From a virus (taxonomy: Duplodnaviria > Caudoviricetes): 36,638 nucleotides of DNA. The stretch lies in IMG/VR virus record IMGVR_UViG_3300020034_000048, positions 1 to 36,638 of that record, one strand, 5' to 3'. The position numbers and the translations under genes are program-made. Below, piece by piece: positions 18,005-27,577 of this stretch; the first letter of the stretch is position 1; each line of letters opens with the position of its first letter. The notes under the pieces are model-generated. The model saw only the letters and a program-made list of their open reading frames with translations. It ran no database searches and was not told the origin of the DNA.

Positions 18005-20983
18005 TCAGAGGCTCTTCAGGAGACGGAAGGCGTTCGGGTCTATGACCTTGGAACTGTTCCGCCACACGGCATACATGCCGCGCTGGCCGGTCGGGAAGTT
18101 GTTTGTCGTACCGAAGAGGTGCGGGATCAGTTCGACCGACATTCCGATCTTGTCCACGATCAGGAACTTCTTGAAGTCCCCGAGAATGAGGAATTTATCG
18201 GCCGCAGTGACGATGCCCGCCATGGTCGATGCCTCATACGCGGGGAAGTCGACCAGCCGGGACGGACGTCCTTCCGCAATCCGGGCCCACAGATTGGCGC
18301 CGCCTTGGCTGTCGAACTGGCGAACCTTGTTGTACACCGTCTTGTTGCCCAGCCACGACGCGTTGGGAACGTGACGCGGGGGAAGTGCGTCCACCACCCG
18401 GTACAGCTCCGCAACGGTAAACGTCAGGGTGACCAGGGTAGTGATGACGCTGCCGCCGACCGCTGCGACACCGGTGACCACACCCTCCGGCTGCGGGTCC
18501 ACGCCCGTACCAGTGATGAAGGCGGTAGCCTCCTCGACGTTCTTCGCCTCATCGAACATCATTCCGAGCTCGCCACGCATCTGCGCCCAGTCCTGGTCGA
18601 CCTCGAAGCTGAAGGGCACGAAGCCCTGTACACGCGTCGGGGTCAGGGTGGGCTGTGCCAGCGTCGGGGAGTTGTCGGACGCTTCGAGCGCCTCCGCGCC
18701 ACGGGCCACGGAGATACCGGCGGACGTCACACCCTGCCAGGTTTTGCCCGCGATCTGGATCACTCGCGCGATCTGCCGGATCGGGTTGACCACGGACGCG
18801 TTGGTCATGATGACCGTCGGGTCCAGGGAGAACGGGACCGCGAAACCGCCGGTCGTGGTGACGCCGACCGCGAGGGCCGCGCGCTCCTCGTTGGTGAGGC
18901 CATCTGTCTTGCCCGCGAGGGCCGCCTTGCCGAAGGCACGGTCGTAGGTCTCGGAGCCGGTCTGGAGGATCCGGCGTGCGAGATCGCCGTCCTTGGTGTC
19001 GTTGCGGCGCAGGAGCTGATCGATGTGCGTACGGACGTTGTCTTCGCTGTCCCGTGCCGAATCGTAGTGATTCATCTCGACCGCACGGAGCGCGTTGTCC
19101 CGCATTGCACGGGACAGATCGTCGATGCTGCGCGCGTCCCGGCGCAGCGACGTGATGTCGTAGATGTTCTCTGCGCGCTTCTGCTTGATCACGTTCGGGG
19201 CGTGGAAGGGGGTGCCCTCCTCCGTGCTGCCGGATCCGGCGAGTACGGCCAGGCGGGCTGCACGGGCGTTGGCCGCAGCGATCGCGGCCGTGTGCACCTC
19301 GTACTCCGCACTGATGTCGTCCCACTCCTGCTGCCGTTCAACCGGCAGCTCGGCGCCGTTGTGATCGGCGTCGATCTCCTGGAGGCGGGTGCGGATCTCG
19401 GCCTGGCGCTGCTCACGCTCGGAAGCCGTCATGGTCAGTTCATCGGGCATGGGTGCGCTCCTCTGCTTGCCCGTGGGTGTGTGTGTACCCGCAGAGTGCT
19501 TACGCGGCTCCGTGGTGATGCCTGGAGCGGCGGCCCCGGTGCCCGGGGTGCCTCCGGCCACAGGGGCCGGGGTGATGCTGTTCGATTGACCGGTCTTCTG
19601 GCCGAACGCGGCGCCGCTCTTTCCGGGCACGTTCTTCGGGTCGGAAACCATGACGCCGAACTTTTTGCATGCCGCCATGATGGCAGCTTTGACCTTGGCC
19701 AGATCCTCGGGGGAGTAGGCCGACGCATTGCCCGGCTGGTTGATGTAGGACCACGCCGACTTAGCATGATCCTTCGAGTCCAGTGGGTAGCGCTTCTTCT
19801 TGTCCTTCTGATATCCGGGATCAGCATACGGCACGTCACCGTACGGCTTCGCAGGACTGGCCGCTCGATCTTCCAGGACAACCGCAGGAGAGGTGATCTC
19901 GGACAGCGCGACGGCATACGCGGTGAGCGACCGGACGTCGTCCAGCGGGGTTCCCACCGGCGGCAGGAACGCAACATCTCCGCCTGAAATCTGGTCTGCC
20001 GTGAACCCGGCACCGATCAGCTCCGCGATGACCTCGGACCGCGCGAGGTGGACGGCCGCCGTGCCGGTGCAGGCGCACTCCGCGCAGTAGCAGAGAGTCC
20101 CGGCCTTGCACCGGCAGCTATCGATCCGGCCGGGCTCGTTGTCCGCCGGGGTCTGCCGCGCGGGGGCAGCCGCGCGGGTCTCGCGTACGGAGCGCAACGC
20201 CTCGTCATACTCCTCCGGCCGCCGCCGCCGCAGTCCGGCGTAGTAGTCATCCGTGGTGGACCGCAGTCCGGCGGATGCACCGGCATTGGCCGGGAACATC
20301 GTCGGGCCGAACTCCATGACCCGGACCTCCTTCAGCGTCCGCTCCGGGATGCTGTCAGGGTTGCTGTCAGAGCGCTCCGGCTCGTCGTCCCATTCGTCGT
20401 GCAGCACCCGGAACCGGAACGATGATCCGTACGCCCCGGCCTCCAGGGCGGGGATCAGATCGCGCACGTACGACGTGTCCAGGAGCGGGACCTCGTAGGC
20501 CGCGCCGGTGGCATCCTCCGCCAGCGAGCGCGGCACCCCGAGCGGCTTGTCCGCCACCTGGGGGTCATGGCCGTGCTCCAGCAAGCACTTGATTTTGTCG
20601 CCCGCGTTCTTCCGGCCCGCGTCGTCCTTGAGCGTTTTCTTGAAGGCGCCCGGCGCGATGCGCTCCAGGAACCGGCCCTCGAAGGACGAGTTGATCTCGT
20701 ACCACTCCCCGAAGGTCGAGAAGTGTCCCTCCATCGTCGGCATGCCGTCGCCGTCCGACCGCAGCACTCCCAGGTCGGACTGGGTCCGGCACACCGGGAT
20801 GGGCAGCTTCACCGGGGGACCGGTGATGTCCCCGCCGGACCGGGCATTCGGCTTGCCCTTCGCGTCTTTCTTGACCGCATCCGGGAACAGCGGTTCCAGC
20901 TTCCCGGAGGAGTCGCCTTCCAGGTCGGTCGGCTCCCAGATGAACTGACGGGGGTCGGCGGGGGGATCAGTGGGGGGGCTCAT
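18005..20983 (-). CDS. Fused HK97-type prohead protease - linker - major capsid protein
   Basis: N-terminal LERIAPGAF, LLEHGHD, GSSFRF, EFGPTMFPAN (HK97-like protease). C-terminal GGFAVP, NPIRQIA, ILGDFKKFLIVDKIG, GQRGMYAVWR (HK97 capsid). No stop between them. Confidence 0.93.
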   Translation of the reverse strand: MSPPTDPPADPRQFIWEPTDLEGDSSGKLEPLFPDAVKKDAKGKPNARSGGDITGPPVKLPIPVCRTQSDLGVLRSDGDGMPTMEGHFSTFGEWYEINSSFEGRFLERIAPGAFKKTLKDDAGRKNAGDKIKCLLEHGHDPQVADKPLGVPRSLAEDATGAAYEVPLLDTSYVRDLIPALEAGAYGSSFRFRVLHDEWDDEPERSDSNPDSIPERTLKEVRVMEFGPTMFPANAGASAGLRSTTDDYYAGLRRRRPEEYDEALRSVRETRAAAPARQTPADNEPGRIDSCRCKAGTLCYCAECACTGTAAVHLARSEVIAELIGAGFTADQISGGDVAFLPPVGTPLDDVRSLTAYAVALSEITSPAVVLEDRAASPAKPYGDVPYADPGYQKDKKKRYPLDSKDHAKSAWSYINQPGNASAYSPEDLAKVKAAIMAACKKFGVMVSDPKNVPGKSGAAFGQKTGQSNSITPAPVAGGTPGTGAAAPGITTEPRKHSAGTHTPTGKQRSAPMPDELTMTASEREQRQAEIRTRLQEIDADHNGAELPVERQQEWDDISAEYEVHTAAIAAANARAARLAVLAGSGSTEEGTPFHAPNVIKQKRAENIYDITSLRRDARSIDDLSRAMRDNALRAVEMNHYDSARDSEDNVRTHIDQLLRRNDTKDGDLARRILQTGSETYDRAFGKAALAGKTDGLTNEERAALAVGVTTTGGFAVPFSLDPTVIMTNASVVNPIRQIARVIQIAGKTWQGVTSAGISVARGAEALEASDNSPTLAQPTLTPTRVQGFVPFSFEVDQDWAQMRGELGMMFDEAKNVEEATAFITGTGVDPQPEGVVTGVAAVGGSVITTLVTLTFTVAELYRVVDALPPRHVPNASWLGNKTVYNKVRQFDSQGGANLWARIAEGRPSRLVDFPAYEASTMAGIVTAADKFLILGDFKKFLIVDKIGMSVELIPHLFGTTNNFPTGQRGMYAVWRNSSKVIDPNAFRLLKSL

Positions 20984-21585
20984 ATGACCACTTCCAGTTT
21001 GTAGCCGGTGGGAGTTTTGGCGACAACACGGAAGGATGTCCCCGGCGGAAGGATCCGTTCATCCTCCCCGTATTTGTCCTTGCCCTTCCGGAACGACGGG
21101 ACATGGGCCGATCGGGTCCCCTTCGGCATGTCGATCTCCAGAATGTCTCCGGGGTTCTCCGGGTCGTACTCCGTCGTGAAAGCCTCAGCTATGTCCTTGA
21201 ACCCCGACGTACTGACGAACCCCCGGTCAGTAAACGTGCTGCCCACCTTAAGATCCATCTTCGCAGCCCCCCGGTATACAGTCTGGGGTTTGGTGGACGG
21301 TTCCTGAATCTGGATCAAGTCATCCAGGATTGCGGAAGACCTGCGGATGGTCTTCTCGTTGCTGCCGCCGGGAAGATCCTTGTGCCGAAGGTACTCGTTG
21401 ACGTCGTGGGAGTCATCCCGGTACAAGGTCAGCGCAGCCATATGATCCTCTTCGGAGAAGTCCGGACTGCCGATCATCACCCCGGTATCGAGCTTCGTCT
21501 CACCGGCCCCGACGTTCCCGGGATGCAGCTTGTGGTACCCGGGTTCCCCCAGGTTGCCATGGCGCAGGGTGACCACCGCAGTCAT
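20980..21585 (-). CDS. ADP-ribosyltransferase (VIP2/C2-like R-S-E clade)
   Basis: VNEYLR, TVYRG, DRGFVSTS, EDERILPPGTSFRV (E-x-E). GGGGGA RBS; stop is ATGA-coupled to the protease-capsid gene. Confidence 0.9.
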   Translation of the reverse strand: MTAVVTLRHGNLGEPGYHKLHPGNVGAGETKLDTGVMIGSPDFSEEDHMAALTLYRDDSHDVNEYLRHKDLPGGSNEKTIRRSSAILDDLIQIQEPSTKPQTVYRGAAKMDLKVGSTFTDRGFVSTSGFKDIAEAFTTEYDPENPGDILEIDMPKGTRSAHVPSFRKGKDKYGEDERILPPGTSFRVVAKTPTGYKLEVVI

Positions 21586-21640
21586 GTGTCAGTCCCCCTT
21601 CGGGGCAGTAGGGATGGGCTGCGGGTCCTGATGATCTCGG

Positions 21641-23686
21641 TCAGAATACGGGTTCATAAACGATCACATCCCCGTCCTCGCGGACTTTGCGCAACGGGGT
21701 GTTGCGGGGGACGATCACTTCACCCTTGGCAGAGCCGTACGGGTTCATGTGGTGGTGCGGGATCATGTGCGCTCCGGCGGGCATGTCGATCCGGATCGTC
21801 ACGTCGGTGTCCTGGGTCTTGTACTTCGCAGCCACAGCCCCGTACACCGAGGTGGACGTGGGTGCCTTGTCCGTGACCACGGTGCCGTCCGCCCGGTCTC
21901 CGTACACCGACCGGGGGGCAACCCGGTACAGCGGGATCGATGCGGACAGAACATGCCGCGCCGCTATCCGGTCCATGGCCGCAGTCATCTCGTCCATCTC
22001 CTCGTTGCTGTAAAGCTCGTCCACATCACTTTCGCCGGTGCGCAGGTAGTTGGTCACAGGGTCTGACCAGCCGTCCGCCGAATAGTTGGAGAACAGTTCC
22101 TCGTCCGACTCGATCTGGTCATCGTCATCCGAGTTGAGGCGGTAGTAGGCCAGCGGATCGTTCTTGTCCATCCGGCTGCCGTTCTCGACCAGCTCCCCGG
22201 ACTTGGCCGCCGATCCCGGGTGGTAGACGTAGTAACCGGCGTCAGCCTTGCTGCCGTGCCGGGCACCGGCGTTCCTCTTGGGCGGGACCTCCTTGGGCGG
22301 GCTGACCTTGATCCCCTTGGGCACCCCATCGGCCGGGGGCTCCGGCAGGGCAGGCACTGGCGCCGCGCCATCGGTTGTCTGGCCGGGCGGGATCAGCTGC
22401 ACGGACGTCAGGCCGGAATGAACCAGGACCATCAGGTCTCCGGACACCACGGCATCCCGGGCAGTGTCCGGCTTGAACCCAACCGTGATCAACTTGACGA
22501 TGTTGGACGCCTGCTCTGTCTGAATCTTCGCGGCTTCCAGGAGATCCGTACGCAGGAACGCAATGTCCCGGGCGTCGTACCACAGACGCACCGTGCCGTT
22601 CTGTGCAGGAAGATCCACCAGGGCCTGGTACGACGCCGCGACCGACCGCCACAAGGGCCGCAGGGTACGGTCCCCGAAGGATTCCTTGGCCGACTTGTAG
22701 TTCCCGGAGTTCAGGGAAGATCCCTGCATGCCTTCGGAGAACCCGACTACCACAGACGGAACTCCAGCAGCAGCAGCTATTCTAGTCTCACCGGCACCTT
22801 GCACTGCCTTGAAATCGATCTGTTGCATGTTCGCACCAACGATGCTGACGTCGGCGCCGCCGCCGAGGTAGATCGTCTTGTACGCGTTCTCGATGCCGCC
22901 GTTGGACGCCTCGAACGCTTCCATGAAATCGGAGAACTGCTGCTTGGTCACTGTGTCCTTGAGTGACACAGCAAGCTTCGGGGTGGCCGCGTTGGCGTAG
23001 AACTTCGCCTTGTGCTCCGTGGCCTGCTTGTCTGCCTGGATCTCCCGGAGGACCGGGGTCAGCCACGACATGCCCCGGTACTGCGCTTCGGGGTCCGGGA
23101 TCGGGGACCAGTGCGCCACTTCCCGGATGTCATAGATCCGCGCCGCATCCGGACTGTTGTTGATCCCGCCGGGCCAGTAGATGTACCCCATGACGTCGGA
23201 TTCCACAGCACGGTCCGGCGGGGACGACAGGATGATCTGCACCCAGTCCGGCCGCAGGCGCCGCAGGCGTCCAGCCTCGCGCGCCACGTAGTGGTTACCG
23301 GTGAGGTCCACATCCTGGACTGCGCGGGACAGCAGCTCACCGGTGGTCCCGTTCGGCCAGGGGTATTCCAGAAGTTTCAGAGCCTGGGACCCGAAGAGAT
23401 CACCGGGCCGCCCATTTTTGATCTTCTGGAACTGGAACCGGGCCTCGGAGAACACCGACCGGCGCGCCTCCATGCAGGCAAAGACGATGCCATTCGATTT
23501 ATACAGGCCGTTGATGTAGCCGACAAAGGAATTCTCGATCGACTCCGTGTCGGCGCTGGCCGTCGTCCCGGTCAGGGCGTAGTTGGTGCCCTGGAAGGAC
23601 ATCATCTGAAGCCAGTCGTCCATCGAGAGCGCCGGGTCCGCGCGCTCTTCCGGCCGTCCCAGCAAGGACCGCCACAGCTTAGGCAT
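21641..23686 (-). CDS. Portal protein with C-terminal ADP-ribosyltransferase domain
   Basis: Portal motifs (VFACMEAR, TGNHY, LRPDWV, YRGMS, IAAAAGVP) over about 430 aa, a Pro-rich linker, then VTNYLR, LYR, TSTS, KGEVIVPRNT. ATG 23686 overlaps the upstream gene. Confidence 0.9.
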   Translation of the reverse strand: MPKLWRSLLGRPEERADPALSMDDWLQMMSFQGTNYALTGTTASADTESIENSFVGYINGLYKSNGIVFACMEARRSVFSEARFQFQKIKNGRPGDLFGSQALKLLEYPWPNGTTGELLSRAVQDVDLTGNHYVAREAGRLRRLRPDWVQIILSSPPDRAVESDVMGYIYWPGGINNSPDAARIYDIREVAHWSPIPDPEAQYRGMSWLTPVLREIQADKQATEHKAKFYANAATPKLAVSLKDTVTKQQFSDFMEAFEASNGGIENAYKTIYLGGGADVSIVGANMQQIDFKAVQGAGETRIAAAAGVPSVVVGFSEGMQGSSLNSGNYKSAKESFGDRTLRPLWRSVAASYQALVDLPAQNGTVRLWYDARDIAFLRTDLLEAAKIQTEQASNIVKLITVGFKPDTARDAVVSGDLMVLVHSGLTSVQLIPPGQTTDGAAPVPALPEPPADGVPKGIKVSPPKEVPPKRNAGARHGSKADAGYYVYHPGSAAKSGELVENGSRMDKNDPLAYYRLNSDDDDQIESDEELFSNYSADGWSDPVTNYLRTGESDVDELYSNEEMDEMTAAMDRIAARHVLSASIPLYRVAPRSVYGDRADGTVVTDKAPTSTSVYGAVAAKYKTQDTDVTIRIDMPAGAHMIPHHHMNPYGSAKGEVIVPRNTPLRKVREDGDVIVYEPVF

Positions 23687-23846
23687 TCGGCTTGGCCTCC
23701 CTGCGCTCATTGACCACCGTCAGCACCCCGGCCAGGACCACGGCACCGGTGCCGATCAGGCCCCACGGACCGAACATCCATGTGAGTCCCGCCGCGATCA
23801 TAGCAACCGAGATCAGGACAGCGGCCAGAGCTTCGCGCCGGGTCAT
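23679..23846 (-). CDS. Small two-TM membrane protein between terminase and portal
   Basis: 55 aa, MTRREALAAVLISVAMIAAGLTWMFGPWGLIGTGAVVLAGVL...; ATGA-coupled to the terminase stop. Confidence 0.75.
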   Translation of the reverse strand: MTRREALAAVLISVAMIAAGLTWMFGPWGLIGTGAVVLAGVLTVVNERREAKPNA

Positions 23847-25468
23847 CGGACCATCACCCACGGCTCCGAGGATTCCCCGTTCTCTGCACCATGGTGCAGA
23901 CCCCATACCGCGAGGGTTGCCGCCACCAGGGGGGAGATGTCCACGGCTGCCCCCGCCTTATCCCAGGCCCACAGTTCAGCCAGCACGCGCTTGTCCGCAC
24001 CGGCGACGGCCGCCGTGAGGGGAACCTGGTCGCGGTGCACGATCAGATTCGTGCCGCCACGGGGCGGGACCACGGCAGATCCGAACCACCCGCACGACTG
24101 CGCAAATTCGCGGGTGGTGGGAGATTCGATCACGAGACCCTCTTTCTCCAACGGGCCGATCAGGGATCCAGCTTGGGATGCTTTGTCGATCACGATGGAT
24201 CGGGGCTTCCAGCGTTCCGCCAACTCGACCATACGGGGCACAATCCACCGGTCCCCGCTACGGTGATCCAGTTCATCGCCGCCGGAAATCTCGACATGCG
24301 CCAGGCCGTCCGGGTTGAGCCCGGCCACGACGATGCACGCGTGCTTCCGGTCGGGGGTCATGTCGATACCGAACGACAGGGGGTCGACCGGGGATGACGT
24401 CATGTCGGTGCAGGCACGCCACGACGCCTCATCGATCACACGCCACGATTCGCCTTCGACCGGGTAATCCCCGATCCCAAGACGCTCGCGCTGGAACTCA
24501 TCCGGATCGAGCTGCCGCCGCTCCGATTCGATGTGCTCGAAGGACAGCTCCGGGGACTCCACACCGCCGATGCGGATCCCCCAGCCGGGATTGGCCTTGG
24601 TGTACGAGACGATCAGACGGTTGGTCTTCCGGATCCGTTCCACTTCGGGCATTCGGGGATCGAACGGGAATGGCTGCTGATCATGGACCTCGCAATCCTG
24701 CGGGCAGAACTGGCCGCAGGCATCAATGGACCATTCCATGAATGCCAGGCTCTCGTCCGTGCAGACCCGCGTCCCGTCCGGCCGGACCTTGCCGAGGCCG
24801 CGCTGACGGAGACGCCCCAGGGCGGTCGATTGCTTGTTCCCAGCAGACCCCGCGAAGATCACCTGGGGATTCGGCACGGCGGACAGGGTCGGGAGGATCG
24901 CACCTACCGCGATGCCAGAAAGGATCATTGCCTCGTTCAAGATCAGGCAGTCGCAGGTGTAGCCACGGCCACCGCCCGCCGTCCTGGTCTTGAACCGCAG
25001 TTCCCTCTTCGCGCCATCCCTGATGATTTCGATACCCTCATCGCCGTGGGACCGGCTGATCCGGCCCCCGCGCTTGTTGAGGAAGGCCTCAAGATCAGGA
25101 GTGGATTCGATCAGCTGGAGTACACGGTTGAAATGCCGGATCGACGTGTCGAACAGGTGTGCCGAGTGGATCAGCAACTCCTCGTCCTCCGCGAGGAACA
25201 GACCGAACAATTCACGGGCTTCGAGGATCACATCCTTGCCGTTCTGGCGCCCCGCGATCAGCCCGACGTCTTTGGCAGCCCACCGGCCGTCGGCCCGGAC
25301 GCCGAGGATCTCGTCCAGGGACAAGGATTCCCATGGATCAAGGTCCAGCCCGGCAATCTCCGCCAATTCGACCGCCTCCTGCCCACGGGATGAGACCCGG
25401 GGCGGAGACGTCAGGATCCGGGGAATCTGCACACCCATGGGCGGCAGGACCAGGCGGGGATCAATCAT
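23843..25468 (-). CDS. terL: Terminase large subunit
   Basis: Walker A GRQNGKD, Walker B-like LILNEAM, coupling motif AGSAG, nuclease FGIDMTPDR and DISPLVAATLA. Confidence 0.95.
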   Translation of the reverse strand: MIDPRLVLPPMGVQIPRILTSPPRVSSRGQEAVELAEIAGLDLDPWESLSLDEILGVRADGRWAAKDVGLIAGRQNGKDVILEARELFGLFLAEDEELLIHSAHLFDTSIRHFNRVLQLIESTPDLEAFLNKRGGRISRSHGDEGIEIIRDGAKRELRFKTRTAGGGRGYTCDCLILNEAMILSGIAVGAILPTLSAVPNPQVIFAGSAGNKQSTALGRLRQRGLGKVRPDGTRVCTDESLAFMEWSIDACGQFCPQDCEVHDQQPFPFDPRMPEVERIRKTNRLIVSYTKANPGWGIRIGGVESPELSFEHIESERRQLDPDEFQRERLGIGDYPVEGESWRVIDEASWRACTDMTSSPVDPLSFGIDMTPDRKHACIVVAGLNPDGLAHVEISGGDELDHRSGDRWIVPRMVELAERWKPRSIVIDKASQAGSLIGPLEKEGLVIESPTTREFAQSCGWFGSAVVPPRGGTNLIVHRDQVPLTAAVAGADKRVLAELWAWDKAGAAVDISPLVAATLAVWGLHHGAENGESSEPWVMVR

Positions 25469-25914
25469 GCGCCGGGCTTACCGTGGCGCCTGCGCCCGGC
25501 CTGGCGCCGGGGACCGCTCGGGGTACCGCGCGAGCGGCGCCGCGCCAGCTCGTCATACGCGGACGTCTCGATAGCCTCGCGCTTCGAGGTGTCGATCACT
25601 GCATCCGAGATCCCCTGAAGATCGCACAACTGCTTGATCACCCGGGTGGACACCTCGATGGACCGGTTGTCCCCCTTGACCGCCTTCGGCCAGGCCGCCG
25701 ACATCAGACGGCTCAGCCGGGCCACCTGAAGGTTGCGTAGATCCGCCGTAGTCAGCGACTGCTCCGTACCGGTCGGGGTGATCGCCGAGAACACGTCCTC
25801 CACGGCCGCGTCCGGGGAAGCGTAGTGGCACTGTTCCGCGATGATCCCCCAGTCGACCCCGGCCATGGCCAGGGCGACGGCCTTGCGCCGGTCATTCGAA
25901 CCGGTGTTATCCAT
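25465..25914 (-). CDS. terS: Terminase small subunit (HTH)
   Basis: AVALAMAGVDWGIIAEQC HTH; C-terminal DELARRR; directly upstream of terL. Alternative GTG at 25923. Confidence 0.75.
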   Translation of the reverse strand: MDNTGSNDRRKAVALAMAGVDWGIIAEQCHYASPDAAVEDVFSAITPTGTEQSLTTADLRNLQVARLSRLMSAAWPKAVKGDNRSIEVSTRVIKQLCDLQGISDAVIDTSKREAIETSAYDELARRRSRGTPSGPRRQAGRRRHGKPGA

Positions 25915-27433
25915 CCTGATCACTCTCCGCGAACGAATGTGCGTGTCCCGTGGACTCCAGTACTGGCACGGTCCCCGTCACCTGCTGAAACCTGCGGCAT
26001 GTCACGTCCACGTACCCGGGGCTGATCTCCATACCGTACGCGGTACGGTCCTCCTGGTCTGCCGCGAGCAGGGTGGACCCGGACCCCATGAACGGGTCGT
26101 ACACGGTGTCCCCGGCATCGGTGTAGGCGAGCACGAAGAACCGGGGCAGCCCGACCGGGAACGCGGCTGTGTGGCCGGTGGCAGTGTGCGAGCTGCTGAA
26201 TGTCGGCAGCCGGTTGCCGGGGTACGCCAGGCCCGGAGCCACGCTGTCATCACGTCTCGATCCGTCGGCCCCCTGAGTACCCGCGTCGTGGAACGAATCG
26301 CCACCGAGCAACGACGCCTTCCCGCCCTGGCGGTCCTTCCAGGTGGAGCCCCCGCTACCCGGGCCCCCCGCAACGGGGACATTGTCGGACGCGTGCCGGA
26401 CAGCCTCCGGCCGCATCTTCCAATCGTTCTTGACGAACTGATACACCGGCTCGAACTGGTTCTTGAAACGGCGCTTGACCCACTTGGGGACCCCGTTCCG
26501 CTCCCAACAGTATTCGGTGGCGTAGTGCCACCCCCACTGGCGTGCATGGGTGGTGATCAGGTCGAACACGTAGAGCTGGTTGTCCAGCCCTTCCGCCGTG
26601 GACTTGATATTGATGAACCATGACCCGTCGGCCGCCAAGTGTTCCGCCACGTTCGCCGCGACCGGGGCGAACCAGTCCACGTACCCGTCCGGAGGAACGG
26701 GCGTGAACCCGGAGGTCTCGTCATACGCGCGCTGCGACGCGTACGGGGGAGACGTGAACGCGATATTCACCACCACACCGTCCAGCAGCCGGGACACATC
26801 GCCGGGCTTCCGGCAGTCCCCGCACATGACCCGGTGACCCCCGAGCAGCCACACATCTCCGGGCTTCGTGACGACGCGCGCCGGAGGTGCCGTGTCGAGC
26901 GCATCGGCTGCGTTATCAGCTTCCAGGTCCACCGGATCCCCGGCATCAACAGAATCCATGCTCCCGATGATCGCCGCGACCTCGTCATCGGTGTACCCGG
27001 TCCCGGCGTAGTCGCCCTCCAGCGCGGTGAGCAGTTCGGCCATGGCCTCTTCGTCGTCCGTGGCCAGATCGGACGACCGGTTGTCCACGATGTTGATCCG
27101 GCGCGCGGCTGCATCGTCGCACTGGTAGATCTCGCACCGCGCGGTTGCCTTGCTGCGGGCTCCATCCCCGCACAGCGCACACCGGTCAGCCGGATCGGAT
27201 GCCCTGCCGAATTCGCATTTGCCGGGGCCGTGGTCGATCAGAGCCTGCATGGTGTGGTTCCCGGCCAGCACCACCATGGGGCCGTTCTCGACCTCACGGA
27301 CGATCAGGGACCGGTACTGCCCGTTCCGCCGGAGGGATTCAGTGATCACACCGACCTTGCCGCGCCGGGCGTTGCCGGGAAACGGGGTCAGTTCGTCCAA
27401 CGGGATGATCTTTGTGCGCAGGTAGCGGGTCAC
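25907..27433 (-). CDS. ParB-like domain fused to beta-class amino (N4-C/N6-A) DNA methyltransferase
   Basis: N-terminal PGNARRG...NGQYRSL...LAGNHT...DNR; GDVWLLGGHRVMCGD, FTSPPY, HTAAFP, DPFMGSGST, YGMEI. Confidence 0.92.
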   Translation of the reverse strand: MTRYLRTKIIPLDELTPFPGNARRGKVGVITESLRRNGQYRSLIVREVENGPMVVLAGNHTMQALIDHGPGKCEFGRASDPADRCALCGDGARSKATARCEIYQCDDAAARRINIVDNRSSDLATDDEEAMAELLTALEGDYAGTGYTDDEVAAIIGSMDSVDAGDPVDLEADNAADALDTAPPARVVTKPGDVWLLGGHRVMCGDCRKPGDVSRLLDGVVVNIAFTSPPYASQRAYDETSGFTPVPPDGYVDWFAPVAANVAEHLAADGSWFINIKSTAEGLDNQLYVFDLITTHARQWGWHYATEYCWERNGVPKWVKRRFKNQFEPVYQFVKNDWKMRPEAVRHASDNVPVAGGPGSGGSTWKDRQGGKASLLGGDSFHDAGTQGADGSRRDDSVAPGLAYPGNRLPTFSSSHTATGHTAAFPVGLPRFFVLAYTDAGDTVYDPFMGSGSTLLAADQEDRTAYGMEISPGYVDVTCRRFQQVTGTVPVLESTGHAHSFAESDQDG

Positions 27434-27448
27434 GCGTCCTCTTCTCGA

Positions 27449-27577
27449 TCATTCCAGTTCCGACGGGACATCGGTCCGCCGGTGTTCCCGGGGCACTGCG
27501 ATCACCCGGAATTCCCGGGCCACGTAGACCACCCGGGGTTCATCATCCACGATGACGGTTCGTTCATCATCCGACAC
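27449..27577 (-). CDS. 42-aa protein made of R-x-x-x-V-x-x-E repeats
   Basis: GAGAGGA RBS before GTG 27577; VSDDERTVIVDDEPRVVYVAREFRVIAVPREHRRTDVPSELE. Confidence 0.55.
   Translation of the reverse strand: MSDDERTVIVDDEPRVVYVAREFRVIAVPREHRRTDVPSELE

Noticed and set aside
24920-24960. Terminase Walker B reads LILNE rather than hhhhDE
   Set aside because: All other motifs are intact and it is the only terL in the window, so it is more likely a natural variant than inactivation. Needs an alignment to confirm.
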